Shown here: positions 13,127-26,135 of the stretch, in pieces
How the letters are laid out: each line of letters starts with the position of its first letter
How positions within the stretch are numbered: the first letter of the stretch is position 1
Source of the DNA: Styela clava
Lineage: Eukaryota
Assembly (NCBI RefSeq): GCF_964204865.1
Contig: NC_135250.1
Span: 28,272,001 to 28,336,000, forward strand
Reading direction: 5' to 3'
DNA length: 64,000 nucleotides
Program-made: the position numbers and the translations under genes
The notes under the pieces: generated by a model
Told to the model about the DNA's origin: nothing
Seen by the model: only the letters and a program-made list of their open reading frames with translations
Databases searched by the model: none

Positions 13127-16100
13127 ATGAGGTTTATTATTCTATTGTTGTTGACGTTCATCATCGGGGTGAGTTAAATATCTATCTTATTTTGCTGTAT
13201 ATATGAAAAGTACCTATTTGTTACCTAATACCTAAAAGTTAGTTAAAAGTTATGTTGTCTCTAGATATGTTTCCCCGATCTGGGTTTAGGTTCTTGGGTA
13301 TCAACACGTTCTGTGTAATTTATAGTATAGGCATAGGGTGTGAATGTTCAACTTTGTTTGAAACATTTTTCGTATTGACTATTTCAACAAATGCAGCGAT
13401 TGTTTATCTCACCCATAATAATAATCTGATTCATGAAAAAATCTACGATTTAGTGTTTATTTTAGAAATGCATAAAGCTTTCCATAGAAATTGAGTTAAT
13501 TTTGACACTGAGTATTTAGCACTAAGGCAAATTACCATTAGTGAAAATTTCCTTTAGTGACCGATTACTATTATTCTTTTCATATGAATTTACTTGATAT
13601 TGGTGATTGTTCATCAAATTGCCTTCGCAAAAATTTGAAATGAATTTTGTTGTATTTAACATATTAAAAAATATTATTTTTAGGCGAATTGCAAATATAT
13701 TGCTTCTGCTGGGGAAAAAAAAAGTTATGCAGAGCAAGGGGTGCAAAATGAATACACAAGTAAGTAATGTATTACCAGTACAGAAGTAAAAGCATAGTAT
13801 TTGTTAAAAAGTATCATATCACGAAACCAGACACTAATAAAAAGGTTATTTGGACCTGCACGAATGCTAACAGTGCGGCCGCCTGCAAACCAACCAGTAA
13901 GTGCGTATTGACGAATACCGATTGAATTACCTTTGCGAGTAAAATAAAAATTCCATTCTTTATGCTCCTTCATCAGCTGAAGGCAGCGATGAATGTAACT
14001 AATTATGGCGTTACGTTTTTGAAAGTATTCTCTCCTAACAAGACTTTGTTCAAGCAAATATTAAATTTTTCGATCTGCTCTGTGCAGTATAGAACCCATG
14101 TGTATGGTACATTTTACTGGAATCCCACCTTTTTTTTTAGACAAACATGATCAGGGTACGCGTCCTCCACAGAAGCGCTTGTGATTTGAAAAAAAAATTT
14201 TAGGTGGTATATCCGACGTAGTTATAACTCGCTATCGTTGTTATGAACATTTGCGCTAATGGATCCATATGCGTATAATGCAAATGTTGGGGAACAATAT
14301 TTGTGCTAGTACGCAGCGAGACTTTCGGGTGAAATGTAACAAATATATTATACCTTGTTCATTTTTAGTTGAAAAACAAACAGAAAAATTGTCAACAATT
14401 GACGTTGGTGTTCACCCAGGAATTCTTAAAGTGAATGAAGGTTTGCTTTTTTACGTATCATTGTAATCTTTTTGAAAAACTAAAATTTGAATAAATGGCA
14501 TTTTTCAAAGTTATTATAGTTGTTAAGCACTTCGCTTGAGTATAGCACATTGTGCTTGATTGTTAAATTAATATGATAGTATTATTCAGAAAAGGGCGAA
14601 ATAAAGAGTTTTTTTTAATCAAAAAATGAAACGATTTTGAAGATTTCAATAGCATTTGTATTTTTGAAATTTCAGTGAAGCGCGACTCGAAGCTGCTTCA
14701 AAATGAGACCATATCAAAATTTTAAAATTTTTATTAACGTCTTTCCGTATGTTATTGTTCAAATCGTTTGTAAATGTTCAAAGGAATTAGTTATTAATTT
14801 TACTCATTTATACAATGTTGAAAAGTGCTAATAAAGGAAGAATAACTTAACTTGTTGAATTCTCTTCCATCATCATTAATTTACAGATTACTCTTGAAGT
14901 TGTTTTTTTTGAGTTCTGTTCATGACAAACTTAAAACTAAGTATGTTAGTTATAGCGGGTACTTGTAACTCTACTATCAGTCTCAGTTAGCTATTTTTCG
15001 TTGAGTTCGCCAGCGTTAGTTTTGAGAGAACTTGCACAAAATATTCCAACTATCCTGTCTGATTTTTACAGAATCAGGAGTCCTCGATGGACTTTTAGAA
15101 GGCGACATTATCAAACCAAAGAAAGAAACACGCAACACGATACTAGACGAATTTACTGAATTGTTCTGGCCAACTAAATTCATTCCAGTGGCATTTGCAA
15201 ACGGAACTAACTTATTTGTAAGATTTTAGGAATATTTTGCATTCCAAAACACAAAGTTTAAATCCACAAAGGAAAAGCTACTCATTTGTTTTAGTTGATA
15301 AAGAGCTCTAGTGGTTGGAGCTTTTCATCCATTCTTCGTCGTTTTTTTATGACATTTTTTTGAAATATTTTGAAACATAGGATTTCCTCGTTTTCAAAAA
15401 ACGTTATGTTTTATGTGATGTTCTTTCTTCACTTTTGTTGAATGCAAATCTTGATCATTAGTTTCTACGGAACATGATTGTGGCGTTGTGGATAATTTAC
15501 CATTTCCTCGAAAAAAAGTTTGTCACAATCTGACGATTCCAATTGTATAAAAATTTCAGCTTCAACTTTAGATCCAAAATTCGATAAAATCAATTTTTAA
15601 TAACAAAATGTTAGTGTAAGACACCAGACTTTTCAATTGAGTTGCTTGGTAAATTTTAACACATTCTTCACTATCAAAAATCTGAAATCTCACTGCAACT
15701 TCAATTCCTAATTTCGACTCCATCTCCGACACCGGATTTTGAAAAGTCGACTCCGGCTCCGATTCCAGTGAAAACAGTCCAAAGGTCGGAGATCTCGTAC
15801 GGTTTCGAAAAGACCAATTACTTGGCACCTCGATATGTCTATACCCAAATAATTTTGCTTAGCCCATACTATGCTACAAAATTTCCTGTCGTATGTTTCT
15901 CTTCCAAAATACATTAAATCTCACATTAATCAAATTTAAGTATTTATTTGATTTTGATTATTATGTTAATTCAATTTTCTATTAAAGATTGATGTCATTT
16001 TTATATATTTCATCACAATCTTTTGTTTTCAGGGAAGAGCAGCGATTGACGAAGCCAGAAGAGAATACGAATTGAGAACATGTCTGAGTTTTCCTGCAAG

Positions 16101-19100
16101 AACCAATGAGACAAACTATATAACGTTTCGACGTTTAAATGGGTACGTTTGTGACCATTTTATACCACCTTTCCTACACTTTAACCTTTTTAACAATCAA
16201 ATCTTTGTCTAAGCTTCCACTAAGGGTAAAAAGGTTACTATTTACGGATGAACCAGAATATTTCAGGTCAAGCACTGCCTACTGAATTCATCACACTCGG
16301 GGATAAGTTTAACGATATTTTTTTGTTTTGCACAAGGCTCTGATCTAGAGCTAACTTACCTACTGTTATGTTATATATAGGGTGTCCTCGCCATCGTAGG
16401 ATGGTTCACGTATCCGCTGATTAGTTATGGCTTCCTCCACCATCAAGTCCATGCTTACGAAAACAAAAAACTGGCTAACTAATTCCATATCCAAACATCG
16501 ACAGGTAACCGCACGAGATGCCGTAGTTCACCTTAAGCCAGTTTGTTGGCGCTCCAGAATCGGAATAAAATTATAGCCTAACCCTAACCTGGTACACACA
16601 CTACGGGAGTACCGTTTCATCGGCTTTCACTTTCCCCGTGATAAATTCGTAAATCATATCCTATCCTATATATATTTAATAGGCGATTTAACTTCGTGGT
16701 AATGTAGTTTGTCAACCAATAAACCAAGACCAGAAAAGATAATGCATTTGTGTGTCATTATATTTGCGTTCTTTATACAGGTGCTTCTCGAGCATTGGAA
16801 TGCAAGGAGGCGGTCAGGTAATTTCAATTGGAGATAGATGCGAAGAAATGTACACAGTGCAACATGAGATGATGCATGCGATTGGAATTTGGCATGAACA
16901 ATCACGAGCCGATAGGGACGAATATGTACAGATTATGTGGGGAGACATCACCCCCAGTAAGTAAACAAAAGAGCAATGCTCAAATATTTTGACACGGAGT
17001 CCGAAACGAATTGTTATCAAAATGTTTACAGTACAGACAGACAGTTAACATAAATCAAAATTACTCATACTGGCAGACCACCGGATCGCTGAAATGCAAT
17101 CGAGGAACTGCCACAGGGTGCGCAATTTTTAATTTTGATGACGTAATCATCCTAAACTAAAAAATAAAAACGAATTCCAGAGATCCCACAGAATTTATAT
17201 AATCATTAGATTTCTAGCGGCGACAAAATTCCTTGTCTAAAAATGTTAAAATATCATAAATAAGGTAGAAACCTGCTAGACCACTTATGCCTTCAACAGA
17301 AACTTCATATGACGTTTAATGACTGTAGCACATGGGTAAAGTGCACCGCCGCTGACGACTCGCATTACATTTAGCGTTTCTAATGTTATGTATTAGAGCT
17401 ATGAAGCGTGTTTTATGTAAACGTATCTAACGTAGTAACACACATACTTTTTATAAAATGAGGGAATCAGTTCTTGGTGATTCCTATACCCACAACTGCT
17501 AAAGAGGCCAATTATTTTGCAGATACTGTAAACAACTTCAACAATTATGACTACACTGAAATCGACAATAGGAGAATCGCATATGATTTTGATTCTGTGA
17601 TGCATTATGGAAAAACAGCGTTCACGTAAGTTTAAAAGATAGCAATTAATCTAAGTAATAGTTTTTAATAGTAAATATCTTGAAAATATGTTTTGATTTA
17701 ATATATTAAAACTGACCAGTAACGAAACATTTTACGTATTTGCCTATAATAAAGTGAAAGAAAGGGTTGTTGCGCAAACGTATCAATGTTATTTAAAAAT
17801 TTCCTATCAGATCGAAGTTGATGATTATGTAGTTACAACATGTGGTTAACTAAAGACATCGCCAAAACTAAAAGTTTTGAAAATATTTGCTTGCATCATA
17901 CTCGACAAGATTGCGACTTTATTTTCATACCCTTAGTCTATGTGGCTAATTAAGGATGGCATCGAAATTTATGGGTTATGATATATTTGATCATATCTTA
18001 TCAATGCAGAATTCAGAATTAATAAGAATTGCGACGTTATTTCTATTTCAGCAAAAACGGCAACAACACGATTCGAACACGTGATCCAAAATTCCAAGAT
18101 GTGATTGGTCAACAAAGCACATTCAGTCCCGGTGACGTCATCAAGATCAACCGAATGTACGACTGCAGTAAGTATCACGATTAACAGAAAAACAGAAAAA
18201 ATAAGCAGGAAGCAACTCAAATAAATATCAGAATGTTACCTCTGGGACCTTAGTATGTAAAAATATGTATAAAATTGTTTGTCTAAACCGACATCAATAA
18301 CTCATAAGGTCGAGCAACGACGGACATGCTTAATGTGATAAAAAAGTGTTATGAATGAAAATAAAGTAGCCAACTTTTCAGTGAAATCGGACTCAATATA
18401 ACTCAGAGTCCATTTATAAATTTTTTCTTTATAAATGATGAAATTCTGCAAATTCTGTCTATTTATGAATAAACTTGTACAATAAATATTCGTTTTATTT
18501 TTAGGTGATACAGTACGAATTACGAACAGTGTTAATTTCGAAGAAACAAACGCCGGTGGTTACGCAATGGAAGACAGCGACACCATGTGGCTGAGACATA
18601 ACATCGCCACTTCAGACGCCTCTGGTCCAACAACCAAATATCTCCCAAAGTTTGATTCGTCATTTGGTCAAGAAGGCACCGGTAAATATAATATTAGGAA
18701 TTTGGTAATATATTTATTTTGAACATTTTGGCAATATTTAGATTTAATTACTTACAGTTAAAACAAATACCAGCATAAAATCGTACTGTTGCATTCGGGC
18801 ATATACTCCTTATACTCATCAGCATACACCACATTATTCTTGTGACGCCTCTCGTCCGGTTACTAGTTCATGTCGAATATAGAGTCACTTAACAAGATAA
18901 TCGTTTCGTGCCTTAACCTTCGGACAGCTCAAATCCCTGACCATTTTATGGGTATTTTTAAACTTATTTTTTTTGTCAACCATTAAGCCCTAAATCTTAA
19001 CTCATGGCTTTTTGAAAGCGTCTGCTAGAGTTCTATTCAGCAATATATCTTTAAAACACACTCATCGAAAAAAAATTTTTGCAAAAAAATTTCATAAATT

Positions 19101-22100
19101 TCTAAAAAAAAATTGAACTTTGAGATATTCTGTGTACAGTAGAGGGTTAATAATTAATTCCTAATTAATTAATTTTTTCTTCAACGTTTTCGTCAAGTTT
19201 TTCCTAACATAACAATACCAAAACGACTATTATAGCATAAATGGTTATTACTCTGAAATTCACAATTGTATTTACAGTATTGTCAAGTTCAAGGTCAAAT
19301 TACCGATATTGATGACGTCACAGCTCTTATTATTACTGCAAAGACCACCCCCAATGCAAAAAAATTAAATTTTTTCGACGGAAATGCGCGTAGAACGACG
19401 TAAACAATCCCATACGCACATTTACGCGTTAAAATTACCATTAAATTTACGTTTTTTTTACATACAAAAAATCTCCATACCTCTGCCAACTATGGAGCAG
19501 TCAAAATCATATTTATCAAAACAACACAGCGCCAGGGATGGTCAGGGATAGTTAGTATGACTGAAAATACATGCTAAAACAATAATAAGTCGTTATAAAG
19601 GAGTATTTCCTGTCTGAGCTGAGTCGACATTTTCAGACGTCTGACAGGCAATTTTGAAATCCACGCTATTTATACGATTCGCACTTTGCGTCACGGCTGG
19701 AAGGTTGTATCGCTTCTCTCATACCAGGGCATTACGTCAATAAACAGCTAAGAGCGATAGTAACAGTAGGTTACCATGCGCTAGCCTTAATAGCGTTGAA
19801 AAGCCCATATGGGCTTACCGGCTGTGGGAGGGTTTTAATGGGCATGCATAAAATCTGTAAATTTAACTTTATCAATATATAGTTAAAGGTATAGTTGAAG
19901 GAATTAGTATTTGAGATTAGAATTGCATTTCAGGGTAAATTTAAGGTAGAATGTCTTTTATAAACGGAAACATTTTCCTATTTGCAGGCAGTTTTATGTA
20001 CTTGGATACGTCTTCGAAGTTTCCAGGCCTCACGGGACAAATGAAGTCCATGCGCTACGCAACAACAGTAGCTCGCCAATGTCTGGAGTTCTCACATTAC
20101 ATCAACTTGAACGATGAAAGCGGTGCATCTATGGCGTAAGTATATATCGGGGTAAACTAAAAGAAGCTCAGTTAAAAATGACCGTTTTAAATTGCTTCAC
20201 GGCTGAGCTTATATGTAATGACGAGCATGCATCTTACTTTTTGAGATAATTATTCTGATAAACCCGTTGTTAAAATTCGGTATTTTTCTAAAACTTGGCT
20301 TGGTAAATCCTGCAAACACAACAGACAAATTTTAAATTTTCGTTCTACAACATATACTTAGTCATGATAGCTTTGAAAAACTCCTCTTTAATATTTAACC
20401 TTTCTTCTCCTCAGGCTATATTTGGCATCGATAGATCCTATAACTGGCGAAATAACATCTTACGGTGATCCGTTGAAGACATTTGGCGGCAAATACCTCG
20501 GTACTCATGAATCAGAATGGAATGTGGAACGAATGACAATTTCAGCACCTGAAGTGTTCAGATTGGTATTCTGGGCAAAAACAGGTAATACTCGATAAAG
20601 TTTGGAGATTGTTTCTAAGAACTGCTCCATTCTCTTAAACTTTGTGTTAGTGGGTTCCTAATGCACCGACTGCGAAAATCGAAAATTAGATTTCTTCAGA
20701 CAAGCAGCCAACAGTTATTGTATACTTATTTAAACAACCGAATATAATATTTTCACAGTAAATATTCTTTTTGTTAAATATTTTTTCAAAGCTTAGCATA
20801 AATCGACTATTTAAATGTAGACTGATAAACATAGAAAGTTACCCTAATTTCTCACTGTATTGAGATCAGACATCATCATTTATTATAAGGCGCTTTATCA
20901 CTTCCACTCTAAACAAATCGTGAAAATTTGACCTCTTTGATCCCCTTGAGAGCTTTGCCTTCTGCCTCGGAATAACATCTCCAGGGAAAACAGAATTTCA
21001 CTCCTGACTCTGAGATTTTTGAAAATACGATTCCGGCTCGGACTCCAGCAAAATCATGAGAACTTGACATCACTAGTCCCCACATTTAAAAATGCAAATA
21101 TTATCCGGTATAAATCGGCACAGTATTTATTGGCCTTTTAAACTTTCTTTTTATGATAAATATTAAAAAAAACAAGTCCTTGAATTTTATCTACATTTAA
21201 TATTTTCACTACAGGAGGGTATTACACTGACATCATCGCCATTGATGACGTAAGCATCGTTGACAAAGAATGCGACTCTTCTTATTTTATGATTCCTCAA
21301 TATTCAAGGCTGCTCGAATCGTATTCAGTCGACGAATATTCAGCGAGTCACATTATGTATACAGGAAATCCTGGATACGCATTTCAACTTCTGGTAAAAT
21401 GCATTTGATGAAATATTTAAATATACAGGGTGACCAAGAGAACACAGAACATACATTTCTTCCTCAATTCAACAAAAACCTTGAACTTCTGTTTAAATAT
21501 GATTGCACTACAAAGTTTCAGTAGTGTAAGACAAGTTGCAGAAAATTTATATTCTTTTCAGTATAGGTTCCAAATAACTTAGTTTCCGTTTTTGGGTCAC
21601 CCAGTGATATTGGCAAGGAAATTTAGTTATTGAAGGCTTTTTTAATAACAGAAAAATATTTAAACTAAATTTGAAAAAAAAACATTCAAGGTTTTTGAAT
21701 ATATCATAATGGAAAATAAAAATATTTTTATACAATGAATTAAAGTAAATAAATAGAAAATATTTAAATGTAGTGAATTTCGATATTAAATATTTATCGC
21801 AATGGTGAACAATCAAAAACGGACGATTCGCATTGTTTGTATAGCCGTTATAAAAATATAAAAAAAATTAAGTGAATGTGACTATATTTACTAATAATTG
21901 TACAGTTTCAACCTCATTTCTGAAACTTTTAGATCTACCCCAACGGTCAACAATCAGCAATCGATGAAGGATACGAAGACTACATGGCAATCTATTTCCG
22001 TCTTGTGGGTGGGAAATATGACAATGAGTTAGAATGGCCATTTGACAAGCAATTTGTCCGAATTGTGGTGACAGACCAGGGACCAAATCCATTGACTAGA

Positions 22101-24356
22101 ATGAACTATTACCTCAACTTCCTGACGGATGCTACATCACTTGATTTTGCTGCTTTCAGAAAGCCGGGTGGCTTAGGAGTAAGTTGAAATGCACAATCTT
22201 TGAATTACGTTGTGATGATCAAATTAAACACGTTAATTTTTCATATACAATCGGTATTTATATATTTTTAAACAAGGCAGACGTGACACGAAGAACATAC
22301 AAATAAAGATTGAAAATGCTTTCAAAAGCGTTAATAGGAAATAATCGTTTTGAAAAATCTTTGCACAAAAATGTAGGAAATATAGAAGCATGTTTAAATA
22401 GAATCTGCTTTACAAGCAACCCCCACTTCGTAAAATCCTAATTTTGGACAGAAAAAATGTTTCTGGTTCGTTAATGCCTATCCAATATACTACAACATAC
22501 GGGTAGAGTGGGATAAACTTTTTTACCAGATTCATATATTTAATTCCGTCATGTAAAATTAATATGCGTTGTGAAAATAATAAAAAAACAAATACAAGTA
22601 TAAAAAATTATGCGGGATCATTGCAGCTGATAAAATCAATGTAACTAACTTTTTTACTAATTTATTTCAGTCATTTAATAATCCTGTTGGATACAGTCAC
22701 TACATATCGAATACAAGACTAACAACAAGTGTTGGAAGAAGATATCTCAAACATGACGTACTATATCTCTCTGTACAAGTTACCGGTATGTATAAAAGAA
22801 CTATGGTATAAAATATGGGCAATTTTATTAATTGGACTGAGGGTGGCCAAGGTTTTTAAACCTGGGGTCAAAATATTTGCCGATATAGACTGGCGGGCAA
22901 TGTAAGAGTGACGTAAAGTTCACATTTTATTACCAATATTTATTTTGTTACAAAAGTAAAACTTAAAAACAATATGTTCCGCGCCAAGACTGAATTTAAT
23001 CGCAATCCCTGCAAATTCCATGAGCTATTTCTGGCTAGGGGCCGACGAGCGGGAGTTTGCTTGCGCCAGGACAAGAAAATGGACTTGATGACGTCATTAT
23101 TTATGACGTAAATTTAGTTATGTATATTTTATATATATTGTAAGATTACTATTCTTTTTACATTTATGATGGATTTTTTTTATTAACTATCCCTGACTTG
23201 GAATAAATGTATAGTAAATATCATAATGTATCGTATAAATAACAAGTAAGCCCATGAGGCAATATCATATAAGGGAGTATTTTTTCTATATTCCATTCAT
23301 ATCAAAAAGTACACTATAACCCTTATCCTTATTTTTTACAGATATGCGTCCATTTGAAAATGGAAGCAACGAGATTTCGGCTCAACTTCGTAATCCCGTT
23401 ATCAGAAACGCCCGTGACCTTCAACCTCTCCTGACCCCGGAAGTCTACGAAACTTCCGATCAGGAACCCATGGAGAAGGAATCGGACGCAGAAAATTTCA
23501 TGGAAGAAACCAACAACAACAACAACAACGATGGAATGATCACAGTCAAAACCACTGTTATCATTGTTGTAACATTATCGTCCATGATATTCTTATTCAT
23601 GGCTTTCCTCATTTGCGCCGTGGCGTCCTCCAATAGCAATAAAATGAAACAGGTTCCGACTGTTCAAAATAATATCAGGTAAATTGTTTTTGAAAAATAA
23701 ATATGATTAGGACATTGTTTTTAAATAATCTTATTTTCAAAAAAAAATATCAGGAATTTTAAAATTTTTGAAATAATATCGAATAACACATTTGCTGACC
23801 TTTGGAAATTTCTTGAATTAGATAGATCAATTGGTCTTATTCACGAAATTTTCTAATGACAGAAAGAATTTAAACTGTTGACCTATATGCGCTAAAACTG
23901 CTCTCTCCCAAAATTGCTTTTGCCATCCGTTGTACACAACTGTTTGTGAGATGCAACACTACATGCAAAGAACATTTTCACTATTTTTTTTCCAAATACA
24001 ATATTTATGTGAAATTTACCACCTAATATATGTGTTTCTGATTACATTTGGGGTTCGCAAATGGTTGATCGGCCTTTGCATGAAATTACGTCTTTTTCAC
24101 TTTAAAGCAGTGGTTCTCAAAGGAGACTTGAAAATTTTTAAAAAGGGGCGCGGTTTAAAAAGTTTGAGAACAACCGCTTTAGAGTAAGTTTACGTGACCC
24201 TGGTATGGGCAAGATTTCTTGAAAATGCAATTTAATCGAGTTGACCGTCATTATAATACCGACAGTATTAAACTAAATATTTTTATGTTTATTTTCAGTC
24301 ATGAAGCAAGATACGTGATCAATCATTCTTATGGATACGGAGATGAAGAAATATAA
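13127..24356 (+). CDS. Meprin-like astacin metalloprotease, copy B (type I membrane protein, 756 aa)
   Basis: 16 exons: 13127-13168, 13684-13759, 14369-14440, 15072-15217, 16033-16142, 16781-16956, 17523-17625, 18052-18167, 18505-18681, 19988-20135, 20415-20584, 21215-21393, 21933-22178, 22671-22785, 23342-23678, 24299-24356. All GT-AG, 2271 nt with no internal stop. Signal MRFIILLLLTFIIGANC; LLEGDI; R|NTIL; [19 protein letters not shown]; SVMHY; MAM; MATH (YMAIYFRLVGGKYDNELEWPF); TM VIIVVTLSSMIFLFMAFLICAVA. Intron phases match copy A over the 12 shared exons. Confidence 0.94.
16385..16612. repeat. Dispersed repeat fragment plus a short relative of the hairpin MITE
   Basis: Shares the AACCG(G/C)ACGAGA motif with about 6453 and 18850; 16548-16613 has GGCGCTCC...GGAGTACC ends and the ACCCTAACCTGGTACACA core seen at 24972 and 41697. 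Confidence 0.5.
24108..24176. mobile_element. Minimal 69-bp hAT MITE
   Basis: TIR CAGTGGTTCTCAAA / TTTGAGAACAACCG; TSD CTTTAAAG/CTTTAGAG. Similar solo ends (AAAAGTTTGAGAACCC) at about 1556 and about 29737. Confidence 0.7.
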
Positions 24357-24474
24357 AGAAACTACTAAACCTAATTCTTCTTAATTTTTCAAATTATCGT
24401 ACAATTGAAATTCATTTTTTGTCCTAAATGTGGTGTCACTATCAGATATACAAACAAATAGATCTTAGAATAGA

Positions 24475-24490
24475 AATAAATATAAATAAA
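24475..24490 (+). terminator. Probable polyadenylation signals of meprin-like B
   Basis: Two AATAAA hexamers about 120-130 nt after the TAA stop, followed by a T-rich tract. Confidence 0.5.
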
Positions 24491-24971
24491 ATTTGTAATG
24501 CTGAATTATTACTCAATTCTGTTTTTTAAATGATTTTTTGTATATAATTCTCATAGCCATGATAGCCAAACAGCAAATTCTATGATATATTATATATTAC
24601 GAACACTGGTTCTAACGAACAATTCAACATTGAAACATTCCAATACAAGTTATACTACTGTTATACTTTTTCCACAAAATTAAAAAAAAATTATTAAAGG
24701 AGGCAGCGAATGGTAAACTCATCAAGTCGTTTGGAAACAATAGTCGTTATTCAGATTTCAGAAATATGGTTGATTAATCTTATTTAATCCTAGATTGAAT
24801 TGCCCAGTGTGTAATTCACATGCGTAACCTAAATTAGGGCAATAAGAAGTCATAGTTAATAAAATTGATGACAATTTTCAAATTATGTTATTGTGTTCGC
24901 AACAATCTGAAATTACAGATAAGTTATCACTCTATCAAGTTAAACAGAAGATCTGAGACGAACAAAAACCT

Positions 24972-25080
24972 GTACTCCTGAAATATGCGCACCAAGATGT
25001 CGCATAACCTGAACCCTAACCTGGTACACAACCTGAGTTCAGGTTGTGCGTCATCTTGGTGCAAATACTTCAGGAAGTCC
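24972..25080. mobile_element. About 110-bp hairpin MITE with 9-bp TSD (Mutator-like), copy 1
   Basis: Long inverted arms GTACTCCTGAAATATGCGCACCAAGATG.../...CATCTTGGTGCAAATACTTCAGGAAGTCC; TSD CAAAAACCT on both sides. Confidence 0.8.
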
Positions 25081-26135
25081 CAAAAACCTTTACTATATAA
25101 TATCAACTGAAATAAAAACTTACGATTTGATCTGCAGTTATTGTGAACAACTTTTCAGTACTTGAAGATAAAACGATGTGGCGGAAAGGCTACTACTTTC
25201 ATTTTTTTTTTCGAGTGTCAACCAGGAACGAACCCAGATGGACAGATGCTTTTTTGCGGATCGCGCTCCATTTTGAACGTAAAAAAACATCATTCTAGAT
25301 CAATCATAGCTTTTTTAGGTAGCTGGAACGCTTTGTTTACTCTCAAGACTATGAAAAACTCAATCTTTGGCCTCGACCGTACCCGATGGTTATTACGATC
25401 TTATTTGTCAATTAGAAAGTTCAGACCCCCTGTTTATTAGGTTTTAAATTGAAATTCCCCAACCGGGGCTGTTTGGGGTGGGACTGAACAAATTAGGTAT
25501 TTTTATGCATAATTAGAGAGGGATAAACATTTCCAAATTAAAAAAAAGATATAGATTGGAAAATATATATATATATATGAATCCAATCACTTTATATATC
25601 ATTTTATGATACAACTTTACATTGAAATACGTACAAAGCATAGTTAAACATTCACGCAATATAATATACGATTCTGATTTTGAGCAATAAAAGGAAGTAT
25701 GACATTTTCGGTAGCAAAATAGCACTATTCGAGTATTAGCCCAGTGACCTCGTATCAAATTGCGTTGGAGTTGAAACTAATTAGGCAATCCGCTGACACA
25801 AATTTGCCTCATGAAATTACTCATACATTGTTGAATATAGCCACAAAATTTATGTAATTTTTATATCAATCAAGGTCTAATGTAACTTGTGCCGTGATGA
25901 GAACAGTATTTTCTCCACATGTATGCGTATAAAGTCGACTGTAGTAACCAGATATTCATTTTAACGGCCATTGGAAATATTTACTGACACAAACTCTACC
26001 AACTATTTTTTCCATAATTTTTAAATGTATTGGCGTAGCGCACTCTGTTATAATATTCACCTTTAGGTACTTGTTGAGTATGCGCAACCCGCACTTTAGT
26101 GTAAAGATTTCTGGGGAATGGAGCAGGAAGGTATA

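Noticed and set aside
762-24356. Assigning MEP1A or MEP1B symbols
   Set aside because: The two copies share features absent from vertebrate meprins (lost MAM cysteines, shared exon plan), so one-to-one orthology cannot be claimed without a phylogeny.
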